NCBI GenBank assembly: GCA_963804165.1
Contig: CAWDPO010000045.1
Span: forward strand, 245,643 to 309,642
From: an uncultured delta proteobacterium
Lineage (GTDB): Bacteria; Desulfobacterota; Binatia; UBA9968
Length of the DNA: 64,000 nucleotides
Direction: 5' to 3'
Shown: piece by piece, positions 50,225 through 60,588 of the stretch
Position numbering within the stretch: the first letter of the stretch is position 1
Layout of the letters: each line of letters starts with the position of its first letter
Program-made: the position numbers and the translations under genes
Notes under the pieces: generated by a model
What the model was told of the DNA's origin: nothing
The model's database searches: none
The model's input: only the letters and a program-made list of their open reading frames with translations

Positions 50225-52687
50225 TTAGCGTTTGAACAAGCCCTCGAGACCCCGTCGGATCATATCTTCGGTATTATTCTTCTTCTTTTTCTTGCCATCG
50301 CTCGGGGTCTCGTCTTTCTGTGTGGCGGAATCCTTGCCGCCAAGAAAGCGGTTTTGCAGTTCTTCGGTTCCCTTGCGCATAAAGCCGCGTTGCACCATCT
50401 GGCCGAGATAGCGCGTATCGGGCTTAGGTTTCACGTTGGGCATCCTGCCGGTTAAAGCAAACGGCACTTCGAGCTGCCCTTGGTTGTTCAAGAGATACTT
50501 CACCTCTCGGGCGGATTGGCTGATATCCGCGGATAGACGCTGGGAAAAACTCAGTGTGGAGCGAAAGTCGACCTTCCGGGTAAAATCCACCCAGCCCTCG
50601 CCGAGTACGATAAAATCTGCGGCGGCCATGCGCAGGTTTTTGACGTTGATCCGGCCGTCCGCCAAGTCAAAAATTGCTTTCAATTCCTTAAACTCCGTGT
50701 CCTTCGCGGTAAACGTTTCAGGATATTTCTGGTGCAGCGCCGGGCTGATGATGTTCGTCAATCCCGGTATTCCGGTAATTCCGCCGAGCACGCCTTCGGC
50801 GACATTGAAGTTGAGCAATGCACCCTGCAATACTTCGGCTTCACCTTGGCCACGCAGCGTCGGCTGCACGTCTTGCCATTTTTTACCGCTGCCGGAAAGT
50901 TTCATATCAGCGTTCATCCGGCCGCGAATATCTCGCTCGGCTTTGGCGTCGAGCGCCGTATAAAGCTCTTTGACGTCGATGTTCTGGACTTTCGAGGCAA
51001 CGGAAAACCGCGGCACCGCTTCCTTGAAAGAATACTCGCCCTCCACCTGTACATTACCGCTTAAGGCATTAACCCGCAGGCTCTTGATATTGGCGATTTT
51101 GTCCGCCAGAGAAACCGTCGCATCCAAGCCTTTGTACGGGACATTATGGAGGGTGCCCTCCATCGAGTTTAGTTTTCCCTGGTAGATCATGTTGCCGTTT
51201 GCCATGGTGAACTGGCCGTCGCTCCGCAAGTTGCGGATTACATCCGCTTTGCGCTCTTCAGCGAGCGCTGTACTGTAATCGGCTGGCCAGATCTCCGGCG
51301 TCGACATCTTATAAGTTAGAGTCAGCGGCGAGAATTTCTCGATCGTTGCCGCCAGGCGGATCCGTGATTTTCCCAGGCTCAAGGTCATATCGCTAATATC
51401 CGCCCGCTGTCCGTTGAAATTGATCCTCGTGTCGAGGTTCTCGATCGGTTTGGGAAACTCAGGCGGTTTGGCGCTGGCTTTCTTAAGGTTAAGCGTGCCC
51501 TGAATTTGCGGCGCGGCTCCTTTGCCGGCTTTGCCGCGTACCGTCGCCTTGACGTCCACGGTACCTGCCAATTGGTAGCTTGCGATGGCGGGAATAATTT
51601 TGTCCCAGCCATCGAGAGTCGCCGGTTGAGAATCTACCGACAGATTAAGCACCGTTACGTCGCCGAACTGAACGTCTCCCGCTGTGACAAGCTCCAAGGT
51701 GTGAAGCTTCAACCGACCTCTGCGGATCGTGACTTTGTCTGCGCCGTAACGCGCATCGGCACCGAGCGTGAGCGGAATGCCCGCGGCCTTTTGAAAGCTC
51801 TTGCCGTAACGCAGGACGCCGTTGGTGCCTTCAAGCTCACCGTTGAGGGCCAGATCTTTCAGCGTTCCCTTGAACTTTAGATCTTTTATTCGAAACACAC
51901 CCGAGACATCAAGATCCTTGGGCAAAGCGGTTTTCAACTTCGGTAGCGCCGCCTTCAACTGGGTCGTATCAAGCGGATCGACGTCAAGCTCGCCGTCCAC
52001 GGGAACCTGCTTGAATTCGCCCTCGGTCCGTAGCGGGCCGATCTTGCTCGTGAGCTTCAGGTTCTGTTTATCGGCAAAAACCGCCGCGGCAAGTTTCACC
52101 GTAAATGGCTGATCGAAATCGAGATCTTCGACGTTGAGATCGATTTGGCGCAGCTGCAGATCGGTGCCATCTTTCTTGTCGATATAGCGCATGTTGCCGC
52201 CGGAAATATCGACGAGCGAGATCAGCAATGCAGACTCCTCTTTGGCGGCGCGTTCTTTTCTTTCTTTTTCGGCGGTCGCTTTTTTCTCACTAACTTTCTT
52301 TCCGATGGTGGAGAAATTGAAGGTCCCGTCCGGGTTGCGCACGAGCTGGATCACCGGCTCATGCAGAATCGCTCTTTTGACCTGCACGCTCTTCTTCAGC
52401 AAAGGCCAAAATTTGACGATGACCTGAAGATCCTTCGCGCGCACGAAATCGCCGGAAGCATAGGCCGGGTCGTCGGCCATAGTGAATTTCGTTAGGCGCG
52501 CGCCGAGGCCACTGAACAGGGTCGCCTGCACCTCGTCGACGGAGATTTTTCGCCCCAGAGATTGCTCGGCTTGCTCGATCAGATAGCCTTTGTTGCGCGC
52601 GATCAGTGCATTGATATTGAGTAGCGCGATGAAGACGACGGCAATCAAAATGACCAAGGCGCCGCCGGCGATGAACCATTTACGCAT
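50225..52687 (-). CDS. AsmA family protein
   Basis: N-terminal TM anchor, AEQSLGRKI, P.IQLVRNPDGTFNFS, beta-taco-like C-terminus ending VPFALTG; GAGGAGG RBS. Confidence 0.88.
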   Translation of the reverse strand: MRKWFIAGGALVILIAVVFIALLNINALIARNKGYLIEQAEQSLGRKISVDEVQATLFSGLGARLTKFTMADDPAYASGDFVRAKDLQVIVKFWPLLKKSVQVKRAILHEPVIQLVRNPDGTFNFSTIGKKVSEKKATAEKERKERAAKEESALLISLVDISGGNMRYIDKKDGTDLQLRQIDLNVEDLDFDQPFTVKLAAAVFADKQNLKLTSKIGPLRTEGEFKQVPVDGELDVDPLDTTQLKAALPKLKTALPKDLDVSGVFRIKDLKFKGTLKDLALNGELEGTNGVLRYGKSFQKAAGIPLTLGADARYGADKVTIRRGRLKLHTLELVTAGDVQFGDVTVLNLSVDSQPATLDGWDKIIPAIASYQLAGTVDVKATVRGKAGKGAAPQIQGTLNLKKASAKPPEFPKPIENLDTRINFNGQRADISDMTLSLGKSRIRLAATIEKFSPLTLTYKMSTPEIWPADYSTALAEERKADVIRNLRSDGQFTMANGNMIYQGKLNSMEGTLHNVPYKGLDATVSLADKIANIKSLRVNALSGNVQVEGEYSFKEAVPRFSVASKVQNIDVKELYTALDAKAERDIRGRMNADMKLSGSGKKWQDVQPTLRGQGEAEVLQGALLNFNVAEGVLGGITGIPGLTNIISPALHQKYPETFTAKDTEFKELKAIFDLADGRINVKNLRMAAADFIVLGEGWVDFTRKVDFRSTLSFSQRLSADISQSAREVKYLLNNQGQLEVPFALTGRMPNVKPKPDTRYLGQMVQRGFMRKGTEELQNRFLGGKDSATQKDETPSDGKKKKKNNTEDMIRRGLEGLFKR

Positions 52688-52962
52688 CCCAATCCTCCTC
52701 GCGATGAGGAAACAGATTATCTCTGACCACGGCGGTGTGGCCCGGAGCCGGATGGCTAAACGTTGGAAGAATAAGGAATACCGTCGAGATCGAGAGCGGA
52801 CAACATGACATTCTGAGGAAAAGAGTAACGAGAACTTACCGTGCACGCAACCCCGCAGTTCGGCGTTCGTGTTCGGGAGATCGCAGAAGGGAATATAAGT
52901 CAGGCGTGGCTTCTAGAGAGAGACTTCCCCATATCACCAACAACTGGCGTAAACCCAATGTT

Positions 52963-53803
52963 TCAACCGCCTTCGGCCCTGTGCTCCGATGGCGACGGGC
53001 GGGTCGATCGCTGCCTCACTTCCATTAGTAGGCGCGGCGACGGTCGGCCAATGTGAATATGTGCCCCGGTTGACATGCTCCGCACCTTACCCCCGAAAGG
53101 CTAGAAACGGAATGCGGGCTTTCCGCAAGTATGCCATCAGGCCGCGCCCCTCGGCGCTGTCCGGCGATACCGCGACGTCAACCGCATCCCGATGATCAAA
53201 TCCCATGCGGTCATGGGTCAGCGACTGGCCCATGGCGCTCACCGGCAGTCGATGACCAAAATGCGTTCTGTAAAACTTGGCGATCTTGCCGGCGTCCGCC
53301 ATCGACCAGTTCGCGGGACCGTTGTAACGAATCAAGGTCGGCGTCTCGTCATAAGCTCCCAACGCTAACCTCGGCAATCGTGCCATTTCTTCCTCGGCGA
53401 ATTCTTCCGTTAACGAAAGCGCGACGTCATCTTCGGCGATCAGTTGGCGGATTCGCTCCGTTTCCAGCCGTGTGTTCGTCATCGCTTGCTGGCTGTTCTC
53501 GAAATCTTGATGAGCAATCAGGTTTTGTTCGTAGAGCTTCCTTTTGATTTCAAAATCGGCCGTCTGATTGGCCAAATTTTCCTCGTAGAGGGGTAGCGAA
53601 TCATTTAGCTGTTGCCGCGAAGCTTTCTTTCGCTCGATGAGCATTTTGCGGGTCGCCTGGAGCTTCTTTTGTGGCGAGGCAGGAGGGGCTACGTGCTTTA
53701 TGATAGGAGTTACGCGCTTGTTGTTGGCTTCCGCACCGAAAATTGGCGTCGAGGACATAACGAACAGCCCGGCAAGTACGGTAATAAACCTGACAGATTT
53801 CAT
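52963..53803 (-). CDS. Hypothetical exported coiled-coil protein with a probable Zn-peptidase-like C domain; frameshift in G5 run near 53090
   Basis: Signal peptide; HDRMGFDHRDAVDVA; deleting one G extends FRG to KVRSMSTGAHIHIGRPSPRL. Confidence 0.65.
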
Positions 53804-54032
53804 TATCCACTGATTTGGAGCTCGGTCGACGACTACCGGTCGCGGCCACGACGATCTATACCGTATGCGTGCAACAAATTGCATGCCAAATCGTAGTTCT
53901 TAGATTGAACAACTATTTACCTCGGCCAGGAACAATCAGAATTGCCTTCAGGAAGGAAATTACAGATAGGATTTTCGATACAGGAAGTAACAACTGTTGC
54001 AGGAAACGCGTTTGCTTCGCATCACTCCGAGT

Positions 54033-54284
54033 TCATAGCATATAACGAATCGTTAGTGTCGTCGCTTGGCCGCGCGCGGGTTCCTTTAGCACCGAATCAC
54101 CGGCGCGCATCATTTTTCGCATCACATCGCAACAAACCGGCAACTTTGGATCGGCCACCGCCTCCCCGCCCGCCTGCTTATAGAGATGACCTGATGTCAC
54201 GTCGACGAAAGGCTTACCGTTCTTTCGGGCGCCATTTAGAATCGCGGTGAGCTGGTTGTGAAACTCCCATGCACTCGCCGACAT
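54033..54284 (-). CDS. Small hypothetical protein (PVCCDVMR motif)
   Basis: AGGAGGT RBS, 83 aa, ends TLTIRY. Confidence 0.7.
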   Translation of the reverse strand: MSASAWEFHNQLTAILNGARKNGKPFVDVTSGHLYKQAGGEAVADPKLPVCCDVMRKMMRAGDSVLKEPARGQATTLTIRYML

Positions 54285-54718
54285 AATGACCTCCTACCGC
54301 CTTTAGGCCTGTCCTGACTTTCTAGAAGATACTTTGCTCGTTTTCGAAACACGATTCAATCAGTAAAAGCGAAATTTGATAAGATAACCCGTCGGCCCCC
54401 TAGCTTCCGCATCTTGGTCACGACAAGAAAGCCTTCCTCGGGAGTATCCAGGAACTTTAGATAGCCGACATTTAGCGTCTGCGATGTGCAATGCCCTGAA
54501 ATCGCGGAGTTGGGTAAATCGCCCAACGCCAGATGTTTACCATGACGCGGGCCAACCCCGCGTTTCAGGTCGTTGAAAGGTCCAGGACCCGGTTAGGATC
54601 TTTGTGCCAGCGCCAGGTAGACAACATTGCGGGTTGCTTCTGGGAACCTTCATCCTCGGCTGCCCGCAACGCGCAAAAATGCTATTGCGCCACGCGACGG
54701 TAACTACCAATCGAGGGA

Positions 54719-56221
54719 TTAGGATCTTATCTGACGGTCCGTTCGACCGCGACCTTTAGCTTGATACAAGACGTGATCAGCAGCACTGACGAGCGATTCT
54801 TTGCGGTCACCGTCCGCCGGATAGACTGCGATGCCGGCGCTCACGGTTATCGATGGTCCATCGTGATCTTGAGCCAACCGATTGTCAATTCGTTCGGCAA
54901 CTTGACGGGCAGCCTCGGCGTCGGCCTCGGGCAGGATCACGGCGAACTCATCTCCGCCGAAACGCGCAACCGTGTCGATGGAACGGCACGACCCGCGCAG
55001 AGCATTTGCCACCCGGCAGAGCGCCTGGTTGCCGGTCACGTGGCCGAGCTGATCGTTGATAATTTTCAGGTTGTCTACGTCCAAGAACAGAATCGCAAAG
55101 GACCGTTCGGTACGCGACGCGCGTTTGATCTCGCGATCGAGCGCGTCGATGAGTTTGCGGTAGTTTGAAAGCCCGGTCAGGGGATCAGTAACCGCCAGAT
55201 GCAACAGCTCGGTCTCAACGCGTCTGTAGTCTGCAACGAGAGCCGAGAGCACCAAACTCATCGCCGCTTTAACGCCCATGAATGATTGCAATAAAAGCAA
55301 GCTCTCCCCGGAGCTTCGCGTGGCAAATGGACCGTGGCCATGAAGCGTGCCCCAAATGGTGATCCCGGCCAGCACGACCACGGCGGTTGCTGTTTCGCGC
55401 GGGCCGAAGCGAAACGCAGTCCACATGAAAAACGGCACGCAGAGAAACTCCAATGGATAATTTTCCTTCGACAACGGAATGAGCCCACCGAAAACAACCA
55501 AATTGACGAATACGAAAAAAGCTAAGAACAAGACCCTCTCGAAAACCTGACTGAGATTCCAGCGAATGCGAGGATTGACACTCCACAGGATCAGAAAGGG
55601 CGTGAGCAGCACCGAGCCGATGGTGTCGCCCAACCACCACGTGAACCAGGCCGATGCGAAATCCTGCGCTTGGATGAAGTTGCCCAGCGAAAGGCTCGTC
55701 ACTCCGATGGTTGCACTCACTACCGCGCTCAGAGTCGCAGCAAGAAAGACAAACTTCAAGATATCTTGGGCGCGATCAAAAACGTTGCGACCGTTGGCGA
55801 ACCGATCAAGAAAGCATGCGCCGATCAATCCCTCGAGAGTGTTCCCCAGCGCGATACCAAACGAGGTTCCAACCGATCCGGCAATGGTCACATTGGCAAG
55901 AAAGGCTCCGAGAAAGATCCCAGGCCAGACTCGATAGCCGAGAAGCAGCATTGCCGCCAACGCGATTCCCGTGCCCGGCCAAACGGAACTCGCGCTCGGA
56001 TAAACATACGCGAGTTTTAATCCAAGTTTTGCTGCGACGAAGTAGATAGCTGCGAGACCGACGATAGTAAGAACACTGTAGTTGGCCCGTGAACCGTTGT
56101 CCGAGAATTTACCCGTGCCGGTAATCTTCGCGGTATTTCCAACCGATTCCGGCGGCAGAGTTTCCCCTAGCACGGTAAACCGTTCGAAGGGCTTCTGGAT
56201 TTCTTCCCTGCGCGTAATCAT
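54719..56221 (-). CDS. MASE1-GGDEF diguanylate cyclase
   Basis: MASE1 motifs VWPGTGIA, WPGIFLG, WWLGD; DPLTGLSN, RSID I-site, intact RFGGDEF. Confidence 0.92.
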   Translation of the reverse strand: MITRREEIQKPFERFTVLGETLPPESVGNTAKITGTGKFSDNGSRANYSVLTIVGLAAIYFVAAKLGLKLAYVYPSASSVWPGTGIALAAMLLLGYRVWPGIFLGAFLANVTIAGSVGTSFGIALGNTLEGLIGACFLDRFANGRNVFDRAQDILKFVFLAATLSAVVSATIGVTSLSLGNFIQAQDFASAWFTWWLGDTIGSVLLTPFLILWSVNPRIRWNLSQVFERVLFLAFFVFVNLVVFGGLIPLSKENYPLEFLCVPFFMWTAFRFGPRETATAVVVLAGITIWGTLHGHGPFATRSSGESLLLLQSFMGVKAAMSLVLSALVADYRRVETELLHLAVTDPLTGLSNYRKLIDALDREIKRASRTERSFAILFLDVDNLKIINDQLGHVTGNQALCRVANALRGSCRSIDTVARFGGDEFAVILPEADAEAARQVAERIDNRLAQDHDGPSITVSAGIAVYPADGDRKESLVSAADHVLYQAKGRGRTDRQIRS

Positions 56222-56274
56222 CGAGGATGCTCGTAAGGGTCGAAGAAAGTAGGAAAAAGCCTACGACGGTTAAG

Positions 56275-56291
56275 CGCAATTCATATGCCGA
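56275..56291 (-). promoter_or_regulatory. Putative sigma54 (-24/-12) promoter of the diguanylate cyclase
   Basis: Minus strand TCGGCATATGAATTGCG, GG-N10-GC. Confidence 0.5.
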
Positions 56292-56514
56292 ATGGCCATG
56301 GAATTGTGTTAACAGTTTGTAATGATGAGACTATTGTCTAGACTTTGGGCGGCACGGTTTCGTGCACTGGCGGGGATGCGGGTCATTTTTTGCCGGTTAT
56401 GGCCAATTGTGCGCAAGGCAACGGTCATGCCGAAATCTCTCTTTCCCAAAGCACATTTTTCGCAGCCCTGATGATTTTACGCCGGCTCGACTTGGAAGGA
56501 TGCCGCTGGCCACC

Positions 56515-56723
56515 GAATGTGCAGACCCGACCCACGCACACGCGAGCCGGAATTTTTCGCGCGTAACGACTTGGTCTCCTCCATAGGCGCACCGTTACTG
56601 ATCAAAAATCAACGCCTGGGCGTCTTGGGTGACGACACGAAGAAGGAGCACCGCTTTACGAGCCATGAGATGGAGTTCGTCGGCTCGTTGGTGACGAGAT
56701 CGTTAGTCGCGTTAAAAGTGTGA
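56515..56723 (+). pseudogene. GAF-domain remnant
   Basis: NVQT/DPRTREPEFFARNDLVSSIGAPLLIKNQRLGVLG..TKKEHRFTSHEMEFVGSL matches the GAF core pattern; no start context or output domain. Confidence 0.55.
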
Positions 56724-56838
56724 TCTCTCGGCTGTTGCGGATCTTCGTCCTGCTCTAGGGAACATTCTGGTGGGTTCACGCGCTTGAAGATCAATGCAAC
56801 TCTTGCGGCAGCGACAACGGAAATCCGTTCATCATGGC

Positions 56839-57870
56839 TCACGCCGCAGCCTCAAGTTTATAAAAGCGTGCGACGTTGTCGTGCAGCATCTTCCGCTTGG
56901 TGTCGTCAGAAAGGTCCTGTCGATCACGCACAACTTTTACCGTATGCGGCCAGTCGCCGTCCCAATGCGGATAGTCGGACGAATACATCAGCGTGTGGTC
57001 GAGTTGCCATCGAACGGCGTCGGGAATCGTTTTTTCGCCGCATTCGATGCCGAAGAAGATACGTCCGCCTTTAATGTACTCGCTCGGCGGCTGGGTGAGA
57101 TACGGCGCTTCTTCCGTGCCGCGTTTCTCCACCTCCTCGTCAAGACGATCCATCATATAGGGCACCCAGCCGATCCCGGATTCGAGATAGGCGATGCTGA
57201 GCGTCGGAAAACGTTCGAACACGCCGCCGACAACTGTCGCGATCAGCGCCATCATTTGTTCGGCGGGATGATCGATGGTGTGAGCCGAGAGAAATTTTCG
57301 AAAGCGCTGGCCGCCGAGCGAGTCGGCGGAGGTGCCGGTGTGAAATCCCAAACCTACGCCGAGCCGCGCAGCAGCGGCGTAAATGGGGTCATAGCGCTCA
57401 TCGCCAAAGTCGGGCATCTGCGGAACGTAAGTCGGGAGTACTCCGGCCACCGCGCCACGCTCGGTGACCGCGCGAGTGAGTTCCTCCGCTGCGGCCCCTG
57501 GGTCCTGCGGCGCCAGGAGCGCGACGAATTTCAATCGCGCCGCGTCTGTTTTGCAGAAGTGGTAAACCCAATCGTTGTAGGCTCTTGTGACGGCTGTCGC
57601 AAAGTCACGTTCGTGCAGGTTGCCGACATGCAGTCCGGCGGTCGGGTATAGCACCATCGTGTCGATGCCGTCCTTGTCCATGGCGGCGAGTTGATCCTCC
57701 GGTCCCTCGGGCTTGGCGCCGAGCTTACCGCGTAAATCGCGATCCCAAGCGTCATTGGGAAATAAATTGCGCCGTTGCCAACGTGGTTCCAAAAACTCAC
57801 GAAGCCCCGTCATTGACTCGCGCAAATGCCCGTCAGCATCGATCACATTATATTGACCCATGGATCCCAC
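56839..57870 (-). CDS. Amidohydrolase_2 family protein
   Basis: IDADGH, MDKDGID, RAYNDW, GGVFERFP.L..AYLESG..W, SSDYPHWD. Confidence 0.92.
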   Translation of the reverse strand: MGSMGQYNVIDADGHLRESMTGLREFLEPRWQRRNLFPNDAWDRDLRGKLGAKPEGPEDQLAAMDKDGIDTMVLYPTAGLHVGNLHERDFATAVTRAYNDWVYHFCKTDAARLKFVALLAPQDPGAAAEELTRAVTERGAVAGVLPTYVPQMPDFGDERYDPIYAAAARLGVGLGFHTGTSADSLGGQRFRKFLSAHTIDHPAEQMMALIATVVGGVFERFPTLSIAYLESGIGWVPYMMDRLDEEVEKRGTEEAPYLTQPPSEYIKGGRIFFGIECGEKTIPDAVRWQLDHTLMYSSDYPHWDGDWPHTVKVVRDRQDLSDDTKRKMLHDNVARFYKLEAAA

Positions 57871-58253
57871 GTCATGTCGGTTTGCCTATGGGCATCCTTA
57901 GCACTGTCAAAAAGTTAGTGTCAATTCGAGCGACCGACGATGCCGTCACACGAGCAAGAAAGTACGGCGTGCTATCGTTGACCGATCGCGATCAACTGCA
58001 CGGAGCAGCCAGCGTCTTCACATCGCAGGCACTTCTCACGCGCGGCTTGGGTCCCGTCAGAACCGCCGAAACAATCTCGGCTAAAAGACTTACCGTTTAT
58101 TGCTTGCCAGGTGGATAGCTGCTTTAGTATGCTCTGAAGTCAACGTATGACCTGATTTGGACACTGCTGTCCGCCTAGTGTATACGCTAGATTAAAGCCG
58201 GTAACGACAATCACTATGTTCGTGGCGAAGCCGCGAACGAACGAGGTGTTAAA

Positions 58254-59390
58254 GTGCCTTGGAGAACGAGGGGCGATTATTACAGTTTCAAAGAAGAAGC
58301 GATCAAGCAGCACGCGCCGACGGTTTCCGGAGTATACGGACTGTTCAATTTTCGGCATCAGATCCTGATAGAGAGCGCCGCCAATATCCGCGTCGCCTTG
58401 CTGCACCATCTGACGAACACAAATTTCCACTTCAACCGCTTGCAACCGACCGGATTCACTTTTGAACCTTGTGCGCCCGAGACCCGGGAAATGAGAGTAC
58501 AGGAACTGATCCGGGAATACGGTCCAATCGTTGAACCACGCGGCGCCATCGGCATCGCAACGATGTGGCGATCTTTAAGGAATCCCCACGCACGAGCGTT
58601 CCATCCTGAATCGGCCACAGCAAATAAACCGGCGAGCGACAAGATCCGGCAGAGCGTTGGAATATCGTCCAAGGTGAAATCCGCCCGACACCTGCGCTTC
58701 GATCGCAAGCGATTCGGCCTCGCCGGCGCCACCTGCGGCGTGATTGTTCTCGGCGTTGGATCGATCGGGTTAATGCCGCAGCTAAAGAGTATGGGCCAAA
58801 GCATGGTTGTCGATCGGTCCTCCATCACTGGATCTCCCGTCTGGTTGGGCGGCAACAGCTCTCAAGCGGCGCCGGTTCCAGCTTTCAGAGCCGCTGCCGT
58901 CGTCGGACAACCCAGCAGTGAGATGATCACCCGTACACTGATCGACGCACCCGAGGAACAAGAGGTCCCGATCGCAACTGACACTGTCGATGTGGAAGAA
59001 CAAGAAACTACCGCGTCGCTGACGTCATCACCCGCAGCACCCGCCGGACGTACTGTCGAAAGTCCAAACAATCCGCCGGACCCGACACGGTTGCAAACAA
59101 CCAGACCGAAGAAACCTGGAAGCTATTGGACGGTGCAAGCGCTGGCGACCATCGACAAGCAGATCGCCAATGAGTGGATGCAGAGACTCAAAGTCAAAGG
59201 TTACGAGGCGTTTGTTGTGGAGGCCTATATCAGAGGCCAAACCTGGCATCGAGTCCGTGTCGGAAATTTTAGCACGCGCCAGGACGCGGAGGCTCTGCGT
59301 GCCGATTTAGTCTCGGCAGAAGGAATGCGCGAACCCTTCGTCGCCCGAAATGATCAATCTGAATCTCTCCTCACGTTGAATCGGCGATAA
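58254..59390 (+). CDS. SPOR-domain membrane protein with N-terminal GIY-YIG-like domain
   Basis: APTVSGVYGL..NIRVALLHHL; central TM; C-terminal YWTVQA..LKVKGYEAFV..WHRVRVGNF..AEAL; GAGG RBS before GTG. Confidence 0.8.
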   Translation: MPWRTRGDYYSFKEEAIKQHAPTVSGVYGLFNFRHQILIESAANIRVALLHHLTNTNFHFNRLQPTGFTFEPCAPETREMRVQELIREYGPIVEPRGAIGIATMWRSLRNPHARAFHPESATANKPASDKIRQSVGISSKVKSARHLRFDRKRFGLAGATCGVIVLGVGSIGLMPQLKSMGQSMVVDRSSITGSPVWLGGNSSQAAPVPAFRAAAVVGQPSSEMITRTLIDAPEEQEVPIATDTVDVEEQETTASLTSSPAAPAGRTVESPNNPPDPTRLQTTRPKKPGSYWTVQALATIDKQIANEWMQRLKVKGYEAFVVEAYIRGQTWHRVRVGNFSTRQDAEALRADLVSAEGMREPFVARNDQSESLLTLNRR

Positions 59391-59467
59391 CGGCTGTTAG
59401 TAAATTTTATCCCGTGTGCGAGCATACCGGCGATGAGCGCGCGCCCGGAGATTGCTCTCGCCGGACG

Positions 59468-60452
59468 TTAGTTCCTGCCAAATAAGGCATTCAAGAATCC
59501 GCCGTCGTCCAGTGATTTGACAAAATTATTGTCATAGAACTTCTCCGCTTCGGCCCGGCGCGCTGCATCGTTTTTCGACGCCTCTAATGATTTCTCGACG
59601 ATCTCCCGTTTCACATAGGGCCGCGTCGGGATTTGCGGAATGCTGGTCCGATAACTTTCCAGTAGTATGTCGCGATCGCTGATACGGGCATATTTTCCGA
59701 TGACTCGGAGAGCGTATTCCTGATCTTGGCGCAAGGCGGACAATCCTTCCAGATAACCGCGAAAAAAATTGAGGACGGCATCGCGATTTTGCCTCAGCCA
59801 GCTTTCCTTGCCGACAAGCCCGCCGTAGCCGAAGAGCAATTTCATTTCCATCAGATTGACGATTTCCTTGAAGCCGAGTTTTTGTGCGATTAAGCCGTTC
59901 GGCGGCGAGATGATCGCCGCGTCGGCAATTCCGCGCTGCAGCGCTTGCACGCGCGCGTCGGTGCCGCCGGCGTAGAGAATCTTGTATTCGCTGTTCTTGA
60001 GTCCGAAGTGGCTCAGAGCTTCGCGAATACCGTACTCCGAGGCTGCGCCCGCACTGCTCGCCGCAATGACTTTTCCTCTCAAGTCCGTCGGGCCCTGCAC
60101 GGTCGGTTTGCCAAAAATCTGAAAATAGTAATAATCGTAGAAAGACCGATCACCACCAAAGTGCCGCCGGCGAGCCGCGCGTCCACAGCCGAAGCGACGT
60201 TGAAGCGGCCGAGTTGAATCGATTCCGATTCGAGCGCCAAAGCGATTTTCGAGTCCCCGGCCAGGTAGATCAGCTCCGCCTCGATGCCGTACTTTTTGAA
60301 GAGTCCGCGATCCTCCGCTGCCCACAGGGGCGCTTGGGTTGTCGTGATCGCGCTGTAGCCGACGCGCAGCTTGGTCGCGGCGATCGGCGCTGCCGGTGAC
60401 AGACAAATGACGACGGTCGCGAAACTAAAATGTGAATCAGCGCAACACCAAA
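59468..60452 (-). CDS. SsuA/THI5-like substrate-binding protein, frameshifted
   Basis: KLRVGYSAIT..GLFKKYGIEAE in one frame joins DLRGKVIA..FYDNNFVKSLDDGGF near 60145; GAGGAGG RBS. Confidence 0.82.
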
Positions 60453-60588
60453 GCTCTCCTCCTCAGCTACGCCCTCTTCGAGCTGCGGTCGACTGCACCG
60501 ATGGAGTGCTCCGTGGACGACGAAGCCGTCGCAGGTTATTCGCGTCCGATGCGGTCGCCAAGACAATAACGGCAAGCCGCGATCTCCT

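Noticed and set aside
53870-53890. Possible sigma54 promoter TGGCATGCAATTTGT on the minus strand
   Set aside because: The -12 element is GT rather than GC; too weak to call
54540-54670. Hairpin-rich intergenic stretch considered as SRP RNA or a riboswitch
   Set aside because: Lacks the conserved CAGG..GGAAG..AGCAG SRP core and any riboswitch motif I recognise; needs an Infernal/Rfam scan
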